Origin: Gekko japonicus
Lineage: Eukaryota
Reading direction: 5' to 3'
Assembly (NCBI RefSeq): GCF_001447785.1
Contig: NW_015160838.1
Coordinates: 1,635,097 to 1,699,096, forward strand
Length of the DNA stretch: 64,000 nucleotides
Shown here: positions 24,114-37,225 of the stretch, piece after piece
How positions within the stretch are numbered: position 1 is the first letter of the stretch
How the letters are laid out: every line of letters starts with the position of its first letter
Notes under the pieces: model-generated
What the model saw: only the letters and a program-made list of their open reading frames with translations
Database searches by the model: none
Told to the model about the DNA's origin: nothing
Position numbers and translations under genes: made by a program

Positions 24114-24749
24114 GGTCAACAGCCGAATGTGTTACCTGTAAACTGGGAAAGATGCACTTAATTTATTCTCCACAACAGAGACAATGTCTGTTACGCATCC
24201 CCTTTAGAATCCAAATAACTGAGTGTAAATATAAATATATTGCTATTATTTACTTCGTTTACACCTTGCCCCCATCCCCAATCAGGACCCAAAGCAACTT
24301 ATATTGTTCCCCTCTTCTTCATTGTTATCCTCACAACAACCCTGTGAGGTTGGTTCGGATGAGTGTGTGTGTCTGACCCCAAATCACCTCGTAAGCTTTG
24401 CCAGCTCCTATTCCAGAGCTCTAACCGCCATACCACACTGGCTGTCTCCTGATAAATGTGGTTTCAGATTCACAATACCACTGACCGCAGATTAGGGACA
24501 TGAGACGAATGGTTATACTAACCTAGAAATCAAATTACTATGCAATTGCTTTGTGCTTTAAGGCAGACAAGAGGCAACATTTCTTTCGGTTCTGGTTTTC
24601 CAGCATTTTCACTGAAACGTGAAGGGGGGAACACAAATCGCTCTTACACTTTTCCAGTTTAAAATCATGACAGTTCTGGCATTTTTGCAGAAGAAATAAG
24701 GATTTTGCCTATTTTTCCCCCCAGGTGGGTAACCACGCAGGTCTGCAGT

Positions 24750-25085
24750 CAGGGGTCGTTTCGTAGAAAAAGAGCTAGGGGAACTCATTAGCATAACTCA
24801 TTAGCATATGCCACACCCCCTGGCATCAGGGGCCCTGCGGTGGACCTGCAAGGCCGGAGGGAGTGTGAGGAAGCCCCGCCAAGGCCCTCCCTGGCCCCAG
24901 GCAGGAAGGGGTGGGGAGAGGTGGGGAGGAAGCAACTTACCCTCCCTCTTCTCCTGCCTCCTCCTGGCTGAATGAGGGCTGGAAGCGGGGCGGCCGGAAG
25001 CAGGGGGCGGGGCTTCATCGTGTGCCCCCCCGCACCTCACCCGGGGAAATGCGATCCCCCGCGATCCCCCCCAAAATGACCTCTG
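24750..25085. mobile_element. Non-autonomous hAT-type element
   Basis: CAGGGGTCGTTT...AAATGACCTCTG TIRs; 8-bp TSD TCTGCAGT. Confidence 0.85.
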
Positions 25086-25599
25086 TCTGCAGTACAAAAG
25101 CAAGATCTGAGTACAGGACCACCCTGAAGACCAACAAGATTTCCAGGGTATAAGCTTCTGAGAGTCAAAGCTCCACAAGAATGGGGCTTTGACTCTTGAA
25201 AGCTTGGTACCCGATAAATCTTGCAGGTCTTTAAGGTGCTACTGAACTTGAACCTTGCTCTTCTCCTGGATTTTGTTCATAATCCCACAGAACTGACAGC
25301 AGTGAAACTGCAAAGAGAGGCTGCTCACAAGCCATAAAAGTGCTCATGATGCCCGTGACTAATTTAGCACCTAATACACAATTGATTTTCCTACACGGAC
25401 ATCCAGGCTCCATAAATGCTCTTGGCCAGCTCACCAATGGTGAGTCCCATTCCTGGCTTTTGTGAATAGCAAGGAACATGGAAAAGGGGGAAGGGTCTGC
25501 CTTCCTTTGTGCTGGCTTTGCAGAACCAGCCCTAGAAACTCACTTAGCTTCTTCCTCTTGCAAAAACCCTACTTGGGGGCAGGGGGGGGACCCCAAGAC

Positions 25600-25806
25600 C
25601 CGTGTTCCCTCTAAGCTGAGTTAGGGTGAGCCAGCTCGTAGTTTTTTAGCCTCCGGCCCACAGATTTTCGCCTTCGCTCAGGAAGGGATGGCTCCAGAGC
25701 AAACTAATGTACACAGTAGCCAAATTGCTCGCTCACAACTTTACTGCCAGTAGCTCACAAAGCAGACGTTTTGCTCACAAGACTCCACAGCTTAGAGGGA
25801 ACATTG
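25600..25806 (+). mobile_element. hAT-type MITE, same family as 15512
   Basis: TIRs plus 8-bp TSD CCCAAGAC. Confidence 0.9.
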
Positions 25807-28565
25807 CCCAAGACCCCACTCCTGACCATCTTGGTGCTCTGGAATGCACAGAGGAACTGGGGTCAGCAGGGCAGGGCTCTGTTTCACTTCCTGCAGGACT
25901 TGAAGACATCAGTGAGTGGCCGGGTTTTTCTCCCCTCTTCCCTCACATCCACCGTGGAGAGCCAAGAAGTTATTAGGCAACTAGAGGCAAGTCAATACTT
26001 TCTTAGCTTCAGGTCTCTGCACACAAAATGGGGATAATTCTACTGGCCTTCCTTGCAGGACTGTTGTTACAACCGATGCACGCAAAGTGCATCGAAAGCT
26101 TTAAATGTGCTACATAAATGCTAAGCATTATTATTAGACAGGAGTTAACACAAATGTTTGGCTTCATGAAGCCACTGTCTGTACTAGCCACACCATCTTT
26201 GTTTCCTTGCAGGCCTACTTGTGGTCTTAAGCACACAGGCTGGAAATCTAATAAATACATAAATCCCATATCAGCAATCCATTCAATGCCTGTGCTACCA
26301 AGTCTGCCTAAACTAATGGCAATGCAAAAGGCCCAAGGCCACAGGACTGACAGCAACTGAACTAGCTAACTAACACTGCACTGAAAGGGTGTGCAACAGT
26401 GAAACCTAAATCCCAAATAAACACTTTCCTTTTGCCAAAAATGAGAACACAGTAAATCCTGGCATTGCCTAATCTAACATCTCGTTTCCTTCTGGGCTGG
26501 ATCATGTGATTTACACTACCTCCCGGCATAGTTCAGTCATTCAGCCAGAAAGTCTGTACACATCCAGGGGGCAATCATGGTGGTGGAGAGCGCTGTCGAG
26601 TTGCATCCAACATATGGCATCCTGCAGGGTTTTCAAGGCAACCGGCAAACAGAGGTGGTTTTGCCACGGCCCGCCTTTGTGTAGCGAGCCTGGACATCCT
26701 TCACATTCAAATACCAGCCAGAGCTCACCCTGCTTAGCTTCCAAGATCTGAGGAGCTTGGCCTAGCCTGGGCCACCCAGACTTCCCAATCCCTCATGCAA
26801 TATCGAATCACCTTGCATGTAGTACATAAGGCATCCTCATATACAGTTTGCTGCCATGACAACAAACAGGGAAGGTCAGCTGCCATCTGCCTGTACATGA
26901 AACAGGTCAGATTCAAAGTCAGAGTAAGGCCAGCATCAAACGTCAAGGTGAGCATCAGCTATCTGGTTTCATTTCTCAGTTCTCATGTGGAAGATGTGTT
27001 GCGTAACCAGAACTGCATGCCCTGATCTTCCTGATAAAGTGCCCTTTGCTCTTTAGAGGGCTTTATTTTTATTTCAGGAGCGACAAGCTTTTTGGTGCTA
27101 TCTCTCATAAATAAGTAACCAGAGTTTGAAACTCTAATAATTCTACTGTAACCGATTAAGGCTACAGCCCTATTTATGCTTACATGGGAGTCAGTTCCGA
27201 CTGAATAGACTGGGACGTCTGAGAAACTGCACAGAATCTCCACTGTTACTGGCCTACCTCACAAGGCTGTTGTAAGTATTACAAGTGTCAGAATTATACT
27301 GACATTAAAAAAAAAGGGATGCAGTGAGATTGTGATCATGTTGAAAAGCTAATACATGCCTTTTAATCCAAAAAGATATACTGGAGTATAACAACAACAA
27401 CACCTGCAGGGAGCCAGAGTTACATTATATTTCTATTCTTCCCCCAATATGAATATTAGTCTCATGCCTGGTTAAGATTTACAACTCTGCCAACGATGTT
27501 CCATCAAAGAATTTTTATTTATTTTTATTTTTAGAATAGAACTGTAGAATCCTACAGCTTTCCCTGACTTGAATAGCCCAGGCCCACGCTCATCACGTCT
27601 TGGAAGCTAAGCAGGGCTAACCCTTGGAAGCACTTGGAGGGGAGACCTCCAAGGAATACCAGGGCTGGGAAGATGAGGCAGGCAATAATAAGCCACCTCT
27701 CTGAAACGTCCGAGCCCCACTAGGGGTTGCCAGGCCAGCCATGACTTCCAGGCACACACACACACAAAGACTCACCAAAATTTAAAGGAATCCTACAGCT
27801 TCAATAGACCCAGAAGTTCAGCACATTCAGCCCCCTGTCTAAGGTACGATGCATCTCACTAGCTGACCAACACATTAGGGAATGATGGCTATGATTCTTC
27901 TCCAGGAGCAGGAGTGGACAAAGGTCTCTTCTCCTGTAGCTTTAATGAGGAACCAAAGAGAAGGCATATTTTGAAAGACAGCATTAACTGCAGCTCTGCC
28001 AAACCTTCACCTAGTCTTTCCACTCATTCTTTAAAAAAACAAAGTGGGCCATGAGATATATCTCTTCCCACAAAGTCTGCAACCAACATTCGTTAACCCA
28101 CACAGAATGTACCTGAAGGAAAATCCAACAAGTACCACACAGCAAGGCGAGCAAGATAAACTGCTAAAGGGCACAGGGCTGCTAAAAACTGGGAGTCTAT
28201 GGCCAGAAGGAGACTCCACCGAAGTTCCTCCAACCAATGCACCACTTGCAATGGATAGGAAATATGTAACTATGTATTCCTATTCGCTAGGTAAAGACTC
28301 CCAGAGGTCTGTTTTTTTTTGTCTCAGCAGCTGATGAATACACATACTGCAATATTCAACAAAGTGTACTGTATGAAGAGAAGCTCCCTAAGAAGTGTGC
28401 AATTTCCCACTCCAATGCCTGCTGGAGAAGGAGGCAAAAGAAATGGTTGCGCTTCAAAGGGCAGGGGGAGAAAAACCTGGGTCTACAAAGGAAAGAGGAC
28501 AGATGCTTCCCCATTGAACAGAGAGCAGCAATTCTCCCCCCACCCGCCAATGATGAAAAAGATAG

Positions 28566-28685
28566 ATGTACTAAACTATTACAACACCTACAGATATACA
28601 GTACATTCTGGAGTAGCTAACACAGAGTAACATGTACTAAACTATTACAACACCTACAGACATACAGTACATTCTGGAGTAGCTA
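28566..28685 (+). repeat. Tandem duplication, period 66
   Basis: ATGTACTAAACTATTACAACACCTACAGA..GGAGTAGCTA twice. Confidence 0.9.
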
Positions 28686-29354
28686 CCTATTCCCATCTCC
28701 ATGCTCCCAGCCAGTAACTTTATGAGGAAGCCCAAGACCACCTATACGCCAAAAAATACACTCTTGAGGTTAAGTATAAACGGGTGCTTCAAAGTATAGA
28801 ACGGGGGCAAACTAATCTCCATTGAGTAATTCCAAGTAAGTTCCGCTGTCATACTGACTACGCAATTTACATTTAGCAGACTCCGAATTTGCAACGTAGA
28901 CTTAACTTCCCTCGTGTTTATTTGAGAGGTATTTAAGAAATCTGCTCCACAGAACCTCGCCTCAGTATCTACGCCAGGGCTTTGCAACTGCAAGGAGTGC
29001 TTCTGGGAATGTGCAGAGCGGCCGTACAACAACCCTACCGGGGTGACAAATCCCGACGTTTATAAGCACAAGATACTCGTCCACAGAAAGCTCCCACCAC
29101 AATAAGCGTGTTAGTATTTAAGGTGCTCCAAGATTCCCTGGAAAGGGGCTATAGAAGCCAAGAAACCCTGAAAGGGACCGGGCTGATAGGAGCGTCCTTT
29201 CCTTTTGCAAAGTAGTCACGGGTGGGGCGACGACGAGACCCCAGGAGGGACGACTGCACGGCAGGAATTCCCCACAGGCACAACACGGATCCCAGCAACC
29301 CGTTTCGATGGAGACGACGACCACCTCCAGACTAGGCCGCAACCGCCCACTCAC

Positions 29355-29500
29355 CTCAGCAGGGCCCGGGGCCCTTCATGGTTTTCGGGGCGGGCATCGC
29401 CTCTCCCACCCCACAAGCCCCCAGCAGCGCTGGGAAGGGAAAGTCGAGCGTTACCGCGGCCTCCAGGCGGCAGCGGCGGGACGGCCCTGAGGGGCGGAGC
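29355..29500 (-). other. TECPR2: Probable TECPR2 non-coding exon 1 (5' end approximate)
   Basis: Strong minus-strand donor GAG|GTGAGT at 29354 inside the CpG island, head-to-head with CINP. Confidence 0.65.
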
Positions 29501-29568
29501 CGGACGTGAGAACACTTCCGAGGGGAGCGGCCTAAGCCGGAGCGCCGGTCTCTGTAGGCCGCACGAGG

Positions 29569-29575
29569 ATGGCGG
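29569..29575 (+). CDS. CINP: CINP exon 1 coding part (ATG GCG G)
   Basis: AGGATGGCGG|GTGAGT; phase 1 matches exon 2. Confidence 0.8.
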
Positions 29576-29696
29576 GTGAGTGTCGATGCGGGTTCCTTGA
29601 GAGGAGGGCGTCTGTCGCGCTTGTCTTCACGCTAGACCGTGGCGGGGAGCTCGAGCGGGTAAACTGCGGAGTGTTTTGCAGGGAAGGGTTGAGATA

Positions 29697-29896
29697 CAAT
29701 GTTCCCTCTAAGCTGTGGAGTCTTGTGAGCAAAAATTCTACCTTGTGAGCTCCTGGCATTAAAAGCTGTGAGCGAGCAGTTTGGCCACTGCATAAATTAA
29801 GTTTGCTCTGGAGCCATCCTCCCTGAGCTGAGACAAAAAGGTGTGAGCTGGAGGCTAAAAAACTGTGAGCACTAACTCAGTTTAGAGGGAACACTG
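29697..29896 (-). mobile_element. hAT-type MITE, same family, CINP intron 1
   Basis: Reverse complement of the 15512 element; imperfect GTTGAGA TSD. Confidence 0.85.
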
Positions 29897-31231
29897 GTTG
29901 AGAATCCCAGCCGGGATCCCTGTTCGAGGTTACTTCCAGGCAGAGTGCCGTGTCGTTCCAGTCAAAACCCATAGATCCAGGTGGAGAGCGGTAGAAGAAA
30001 GTTTTAGTCCAGTGGCACCTTGAAGACCAGCAAAGTTTAATTCTGCATGCACACGAAAGCTTATATCCAGAGTTAAACTTTGCTGGTCTTCAAAGGCCCA
30101 CTGGACCCAAACTTTATTCTTCTAAACCCATAGGTTTAGGTTGATTTAAACTGGAGCAACTCTGTACAGGGTTGCATTATTAATGCGGCTTACTTATCCC
30201 TTTTCACTCTCTGGGCAAGGCAATTTGCTGTTCAGGTTTGTATTCCTATCTCTCTTGCATTGTTCTTTGTCGATCTTATACTATACGGTCATATTTGTTG
30301 CTCATGTTGTCATTCAGTTTGTACTATTATCCTACTGCATTGCCTTGTTCATTCGAAATCCTTAAGTTATATGATTACCTTTTCTCTCTTTTTGTACTCT
30401 ATAATCCACCTTGAGTCTCAGTGAGAAAGGCGGGCTATAAATAAACTAAATAAAGAATCTTCTTATGTCAGTCTTTTCCTGTGTGTATTCATAGGGAAAT
30501 TAGCTGAGATTTTGATTCACATTAGTGTCAGTGATCACAGGAGCAGGAAATGGTTGTCATTCTTGATTTGCCTAAATAAAGGGCGAATTCTGAGTGCTGT
30601 TGTTGACAAGTGAAATTGCCTTACACTGAATTAGACCTTTAGTCCATCAAGATCAGTATTATCTGCAGACAGGCAGCAACTCTCCAAATGGTTTAGCTTG
30701 AGGTCTCTCACATCACCTCCTTACTTGATCTTTTTAACAGGAGATGCTGGGGGTTGAATCTGGGACCTTTCGCATGCCCAGCAGATGCTCCACCACTGAG
30801 GCATTCATTTTTTATTTAGGTAGTTCATTTATATCACACTTTCCCCCCAAATGGGGACCTAAAGCAGCTTATGTAATTCTCCTTTCCTCCATTTTATTCT
30901 CACAACAGCCCTGCGAGGTAGGTTAGGCTGAGAGTATGTGACTGCCTCAAGGTCACCCAGTGAGCTTCCATGGCACAGACAGGGATTCGAACCTGGGTTT
31001 TCCAGATACTCGTCCAACACTCTTACCCACTACACCACACTGATCTGATGGGATTGGCCTTGCCTGAGCCATCTAGGTCTGGGCTGTACAGATTGCAAAA
31101 AGCATACAGAAATTAGGGGAATGTGATTGGAAGCATGGCATAAAAACCCAGAAGACAGTTTAAAAAATAGGATCCTACAGCTAACTTTAATTTTTCTGAT
31201 TTAAAGCACTTTTGATTGTGTCTTTGAATAG

Positions 31232-31391
31232 GTAGAAGTCTTACTCCCAAGACACCCGGGTTATCAGTCAGTGCAAGAAAAATTAAAGATAATGCAGCAG
31301 ACTGGCATAATTTAATAATGAAGTGGGAGACGCTGAATGAAAACGGTTTTACCAGTGCTACCAAAATCGTGAACATCAAAATTGCTACACA
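31232..31391 (+). CDS. CINP: CINP exon 2
   Basis: 160 nt; RSLTPKTPGLSVSARKIKDNAADWHNLIMKWETLNENGFTSATKIVNIKIAT matches recalled CINP N-terminus. Confidence 0.93.
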
Positions 31392-31658
31392 GTAAGTGCT
31401 GAAATAAAATGTCCACACTACCCATGCAAAGGTTATCTCAGCTGTCAAACTTCAGTTAGCTGGTGGCCTTTTAAATGCTCACACTGTGCAAGTTTAAGAC
31501 CTATATTAAGAAACTATTTACTTACACATCAAGAAAAAACAATGATTCTGCATGCTGTTACACAAACGACTCCCTGTAGGCGGGTATAGCCTTTCTTAAG
31601 TGCACCTAAAGCAGTCTTGGCTTTCTTTTTGGACTTTTAGGTCTGTGTATACATGGTA

Positions 31659-32151
31659 TCCCTGACCTGGGTGGCCCAAGCTAACCCAGTCTTGGAACCT
31701 AAGCAGGCTCAGCCTTGGTTAATATTTGGATGGGAGACCGCCAAGGAAGTCCAGGGTTGCTATTCAGAGGCAGGCAATGGCAAACCACCTCTGAATGTCT
31801 CTTGCCTTGAAAGCCCTGGGGGGTTGCCGTAAGTCATCTGCAACTTGACGGCACTTTCTCCCACCATGTCTAGGTCAAACCTAGCACCGTGTTCCCAGAA
31901 ATGGAAGGAGACAAACTTTTTTTGTAGTTTTTAATATGTTTGTGTGTGTGCGCGCACTTGGAAGTCATGGCGACCTCTGGTGACTGACCCTTCCTGGGGG
32001 CCTGGAGGATGTTCAGAGAGGTGGCTGAATAAAGCTTGCCCCCACCTCCTGCCTCTGGTATTTCAAGGAAGTCTCCCATCCAAGTACTTGGCCAGAGTAA
32101 ACCCTGCTTAGCTTCCGAGATCGGGCTTGCCTGGGCTATCCAGTTCAGGGT
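31659..32151. mobile_element. Two 5S-derived SINEs tail-to-tail (+ 31659-31866, - 31945-32151)
   Basis: 5S-like heads at both outer ends; further copies at ~620-790, 15320-15510, 26575-26780, 27562-27768, 38700-38926. Confidence 0.8.
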
Positions 32152-33017
32152 AAAGAACATTTCAATAATACACTTTTATTTCAAATAAAAGGGACAGCAT
32201 AAAGAAAAGCAAAGAGCGAGAGAGAGCTAATTCAGAATTTAGCAGCTGGTCCAGCAGAATAGCATATACACCCCAAGAAAGCTAGTACACAATCCAGTCC
32301 TATGTAAAGATACCCTGGCGAGGCTGCTGCCTGAATGGAAAATAGAACGGGAGAATGTAAAATAGTTTACCTGTGAGATGAGAAGGGGTGGGGTGGGGGA
32401 TTGTGGTCTAGGATTCCTTGAAGATCATGGAGGGGGGAGCAGCCCTTGAGTGAGAGTGGGAGTGCTTGCCTGGTTCCAAGTTGATCTCTTGAGTTCCAAA
32501 GGTGGCTGAATCCAAATTGTTGGGGAAAATAGCCCCTTTTTTACTTCTTATCTGTTGGAGTTTGAATTTGCACAGGAAAAACCCAGCTCTGGGAAGCACT
32601 AAAAGGGGCCGCAGAGAAGCTGGTAGAGTGTGTGGGGAACTCGACTGAATTAAGAGACAGAAGGACCAGTTTGGTCAGTGGTAGAAATTGGCCTAGTTAA
32701 TGTTCTGCCTCTCTGGGCAAGTTCAAAAGCCTGCTGGAGGCAGTTGATTAGTTTACTACACTGGGAGGGGAGAGAATCATTCACAGATATCGGCCGGGTG
32801 GAATTAAAGTAATTACCAGGTATCCAAGACAGGCTCTTGACAATGGATGCCGTGTGGCTCTCCTGGGCCTGACTGGCATTTTGTTTCACCTCTATATATG
32901 TTTTAAAGTTCTCGTTAATGGCAGAAAATACGCTTTCCAAAACGGGAGAGGGACTCTCGTGGCCATTTCACCTTGTCTAATAACATCAGACAAGGGGAAA
33001 TGGCCACGAAAGTATGC

Positions 33018-33220
33018 AAGAAATTGCAAGTAGATAAATAGGTACCACTTCAGTGGGAAGGTAACAGCATTCCATGTGCCTTGGCATCTAGTCATGCCGG
33101 CCACATGACCACGGAAATGTCTCTGGACAGCGCTGGCTCTTCGGCTTGGAAACGGAGATAAGCACCGCATCCCTAGAGTCGGATTCAACTGGCTTTCGAG
33201 CAAAGGAAACCTTTACCTTT
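33018..33220 (+). mobile_element. Sauria SINE 3' part
   Basis: Matches 43778-43980; (ACCTTT)n tail; another 3' fragment at 53022-53184. Confidence 0.85.
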
Positions 33221-33372
33221 AATAACATCAGAAGTACAAGAAACCAGGGATGGGGGTGCCTTCGCCCTGGTTGGAAGGGGAGGGTGATCTTCTGGGCAAC
33301 AATGCTGCGAACAGGTAGGGAGGGTAGAGGTAACAACCACCGTCCTTAATAATGAAGGATATTTTTCTTCAG

Positions 33373-33496
33373 GTTTAAAGACAAGTTGGAGATAGAATGT
33401 GATAACGTTGCCTCCGATGATAGAAGCCCGCCACCCGATTACAATGTTGAGTTGGAAGAGCACTGCACAGAACTACTCAGGACCTTTGAAAATATG
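33373..33496 (+). CDS. CINP: CINP exon 3
   Basis: 124 nt; FKDKLEIECDNVASDDRSPPPDYNVELEEHCTELLRTFENM. Confidence 0.88.
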
Positions 33497-34003
33497 GTAC
33501 TCTTCTTCACAGCCATAATGGCTACGTTTGTCTCATCTTTTAGACTAAGGCCACATCCTGAGCTAGGAAATATAGGTCTCTCTCTTTTTTAATTAAGTAT
33601 ATCCACCTGTCTGTTTGAGCCAACATCCATTCATAGAGACCTAAACAGGGCATCAAGGATGGAATATGTACACTTTTATGCAAGCCATTCAGAAGTGTTA
33701 CAAAGGGAGGCTTAGAAGCATTCCATCACTTGCAAAAAGCACTTCTTGAGAATGTCTGACCTTGACTAGCTGTTTATCTCCACCCCAGTTCTGGGAGTGG
33801 GGGCAGAGCGGAAATGATGTCACATGGTGACGCTCTGGTTTTTGGGCAGACTCTGGTAAAACCACCCGGCACTGAAATTTCCTAAAGAAGTAAAATGGGA
33901 GAATCAAAGAACCTGATGTGACATAGGCTTACTGTTAAATGAGCTGCGGCCCAGTTATTACATAAAATACCTTACATATGCATTTGTTCTAAATTCTGTT
34001 AAG

Positions 34004-34127
34004 ACAAAAATACATCAGAAAATGGAAAAGCTGTGTTCAACCACTAAAGGAATCTGTGACTTGGAAAAATACCATCATGGAGACCACAGGACACCATTAT
34101 TCCACACATGGCCCACACCCTATTTCT
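34004..34127 (+). CDS. CINP: CINP exon 4
   Basis: 124 nt; TKIHQKMEKLCSTTKGICDLEKYHHGDHRTPLFHTWPTPYF. Confidence 0.93.
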
Positions 34128-34559
34128 GTAAGTAAATTCTTCCTTTGAAATGGGTTGTCTTTCCAATTTGAAGTGCTGGCTGTTAGTTGAAAATGAAAGC
34201 CAAAATACATGCAAAGAATTCCATGCAGCTCATGAGGACTGGACTGCAATTCTGTTGAGAGGATTCTGGATTTCCTGGGGTGCACTGTATTTTCATAATT
34301 AACAATTCCCTGTATCACATACAATTAAATTAAAATTGTATCCGATATTTTTTTCAGCAGGGCTAGGGCAGAAAATCTCCCTTTGGGAATTTAAAAGTTG
34401 CTGTATTTTAATTTTCTAAGATGATAACATGAATGAAGGTAGGAACTTTAATATATGGAGAAGAGAATCCAATATTGTGGTGTTCGGTATAATGAAAAAT
34501 GGAATGTAAAGGAAGATGTGACTGTAGAACGACTTCTTGATTTTGCTTTTTTATTTCAG

Positions 34560-34760
34560 ATGAAACGTCTGTCAAACTCCTAGAAATGTACTCAAAAGAA
34601 CTGAAACTGAAGCAAACTATTGTGCAAGATTGCACATACTGCTGACCGAGATTCCTTAATGGTCTGCTTGTCATCATGGTTGTATCAGCCTTATATTGAA
34701 CACAGCAGCAGAGTTACGCTAGAAAGTATGTTGTTGGAAACAGGACACAGATCACTCTAG
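34560..34760 (+). CDS. CINP: CINP exon 5 (last coding exon) with apparent 2-nt deletion at ~34628
   Basis: YETSVKLLEMYSKELKLKQTIVQ, then in a shifted frame IAHTADRDSLMVCLSSWLYQPYIEHSSRVTLESMLLETGHRSL*; the incoming frame stops at TGA 34643-34645. Confidence 0.9.
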
Positions 34761-35897
34761 CAGGCACTTCAGAACTATTTGAAAAGCTAACTCCTACCCT
34801 GAAAATCCTTGGATGAAAGTTAAGATGCAGAATCAATGTATTTAATATGTTCATAACAATATTTTAAAATATATTTGGGTATTTTTATATAATCCTATTC
34901 TGAAGGGGTTTTTTTACTATGTTTATACTGGTTTTAGTATGACGTTTGTAGGTATACTTGACCAAAAAAAAGTAAAATAGGTGAAATTCTAAAGCAGTAC
35001 TTGACCAACAGTATTCAAGATGTCTGTGTTTTGTTTCAAGCATCTGTTCTCCCCCTGCCCTCAAATTACAAATTTTGTATCATAAGCAAAGCACCTGCTT
35101 CACTACTGATAGCAGAATGCAGTTTCCTTAGCAAATCAGTTCTAGCTGATTCAGGTAGTAGCATTTGCTTGTAGATATTGTGACTGCCTGTACATCAGTG
35201 CCTGAAAAAACTGGCACCTAAACCACATAGGGCCTTGCTTATAGACAAACCCAGTGCTTTTTGACAGTCTGCATAGAAAGTGTTCCAACTCCATAATGAT
35301 CAGGCCCAAGAATCTGAATGGAAGAAATGAGAAGCTGTTTGTGGAAAAAGTCAACTATCATAAAAGACAGGACTTCCAGCTAAAGAAGTAAACAATTCCA
35401 GGTTTGGAATAACAGGGAAATGAAGAATCCGGCTAATAGAATATATAGCGGCGTATCTGCAGAGTTTGTAAGATCAAATCTTCTTTTGTCATACTACACA
35501 CCACAGAAGAACACTAAAGGATAACTGTGCCAAATGATAGGACTTATTGTGACTATAGTAGCCAGATCAACACTGCATTTAAAATGAGGGACATCTTCCA
35601 AAACTTGAATGGGGAACAGGTAAAGCAGTCCCATGTCCCTTAATTTTCCTATCACTTTCCATCACTTGCCCTTTAGCCCATTTAATGGTCTTCAGACAAC
35701 TGGCAAAAAGATTCTAATTTCCTTTAGCAACAAATAATTCACCTTCAAGAGCATGTGGATTTCGACCTTGTCTCATTAACTGTGCTTCTGCTGCTTAATG
35801 ATGTTAAGCAGACAATTGGTCCTGATCAGACAGAATGGAAAACCATTGTTTAACTAAACCCTGATCAGGGGATCTCCTTAGTTAAAGAAATTATGAC

Positions 35898-36422
35898 CAG
35901 GGGTGTGCAAAATTTGTTTTTCCCCGATTCAGGTCTCTTGGACCCCAAAAATATTGGTATTCCAAATACTGCCAAATACCAGTATCGGTATTGAATTGGG
36001 ATTCGGGTAACTATTCAGGAAGACCAAATTTATTTAGCCCCATTATACCCTATGGGGACTGTCCTCATAGGCTATAATGGAGAATTGATCTGGGGGGGTT
36101 GGGGGCTCGGGGGTTTGTTTTTTGAAACAGAGGCACCAAATTTGCAGCATAGCTGCTGTTGCCTCCCTTCAACCCCCCCCCCCATGTTTTAAAAAGATTG
36201 GACCAGGGGGTCAGATGCTATGGGCCCCCCAAAGGAGCCCCCATCCACAGTCTCTTTAAATGCCTTTGAGCAAATAAAAGCCAAATAATATCAGCTTTTA
36301 TTCAGGCACGGTTATTTTGGTAGCCGAATCAGATTCTCCAATCTGTATTCGGCTGAATAAATACTGATAAAGTATTTTTCGGGTATTTATTTAGCTAAGT
36401 ATATACCGAGTGCACACCCCTA
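35898..36422. mobile_element. Non-autonomous DNA transposon (hAT-like)
   Basis: AGGGGTGTGCA...TGCACACCCCT TIRs; TSD degenerate. Confidence 0.7.
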
Positions 36423-36554
36423 GTCATGATTTTGCTTCATATCTGAACTGAACCATCTGTATTCGGCTGAATAAATACTGATAAGATATTTAGCTAAGTA
36501 TATACCAAGCGCACACCCCTAGTCATGATTTCGCTTCGTATCTGAACTGAACCA
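36341..36554 (+). repeat. Tandem duplication (~114/100 bp) spanning a transposon end
   Basis: ATCTGTATTCGGCTGAATAA..CTGAACTGAACCA twice; second copy has an internal deletion. Confidence 0.9.
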
Positions 36555-37101
36555 ATATCTAAGTTAACTATATACTACAATCTGTTGCAGGTCTTTCTAC
36601 ACTCAAATACTGTATGGAATGTAAGAACATACCACTCCTGGCAGGAGCTATTAACGCCATACTTACACATCTGTTTAGTACATAGCCTCACCAGTCTCAA
36701 GGCCTAAAGGTGAGCTTGCCTGGGTCAAGCCATTTGCTAATGCCTTATGTACATAATTGAATTAGTGTTTAAAATTGTGCACCTACCATTTAAGACAAGC
36801 TTGTGCCACCATCCACTTTGCAAAGATAATCAAATAGCCTGATTTCCAACTGAATTTTTCAAGTTGGTGGTTATACAGAACCACCAAATCTGTTGTAAAA
36901 CTTGAGACTACACAGATTTCAAGTATGTCTTTGTTTTTAATATTTCTCAGCAGTTCCATCTCAGAATCCTTTATCAGAACATTGGCAAGAAGCAGTGCAA
37001 CATATCTGCTAACAAACTCATTCTGGGAAGATTGTATCAATTAAGTAGACAACGCAACCTATAAGGAGCATCTCTCTCAAAATTATCAAGCAGTTTAAAT
37101 A

Positions 37102-37225
37102 NNNNNNNNNNNNNNNNNNNNNNNNNNNNNNNNNNNNNNNNNNNNNNNNNNNNNNNNNNNNNNNNNNNNNNNNNNNNNNNNNNNNNNNNNNNNNNNNNNN
37201 NNNNNNNNNNNNNNNNNNNNNNNNN
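37102..37225. other. Assembly gap (124 N)
   Basis: Run of N. Confidence 1.

Larger units (their letters stand above)
29150..29690. promoter_or_regulatory. CpG island / bidirectional TECPR2-CINP promoter
   Basis: CpG-dense; GC box GGGGCGGAG (~29491), GACGTG, ETS-like CACTTCCG (~29513) between the two first exons. Confidence 0.85.

Noticed and set aside
32650-32940. 96-aa minus-strand ORF in CINP intron 2
   Set aside because: No recognisable family, splice context or ATG start; possibly a decayed LINE piece that I cannot assign
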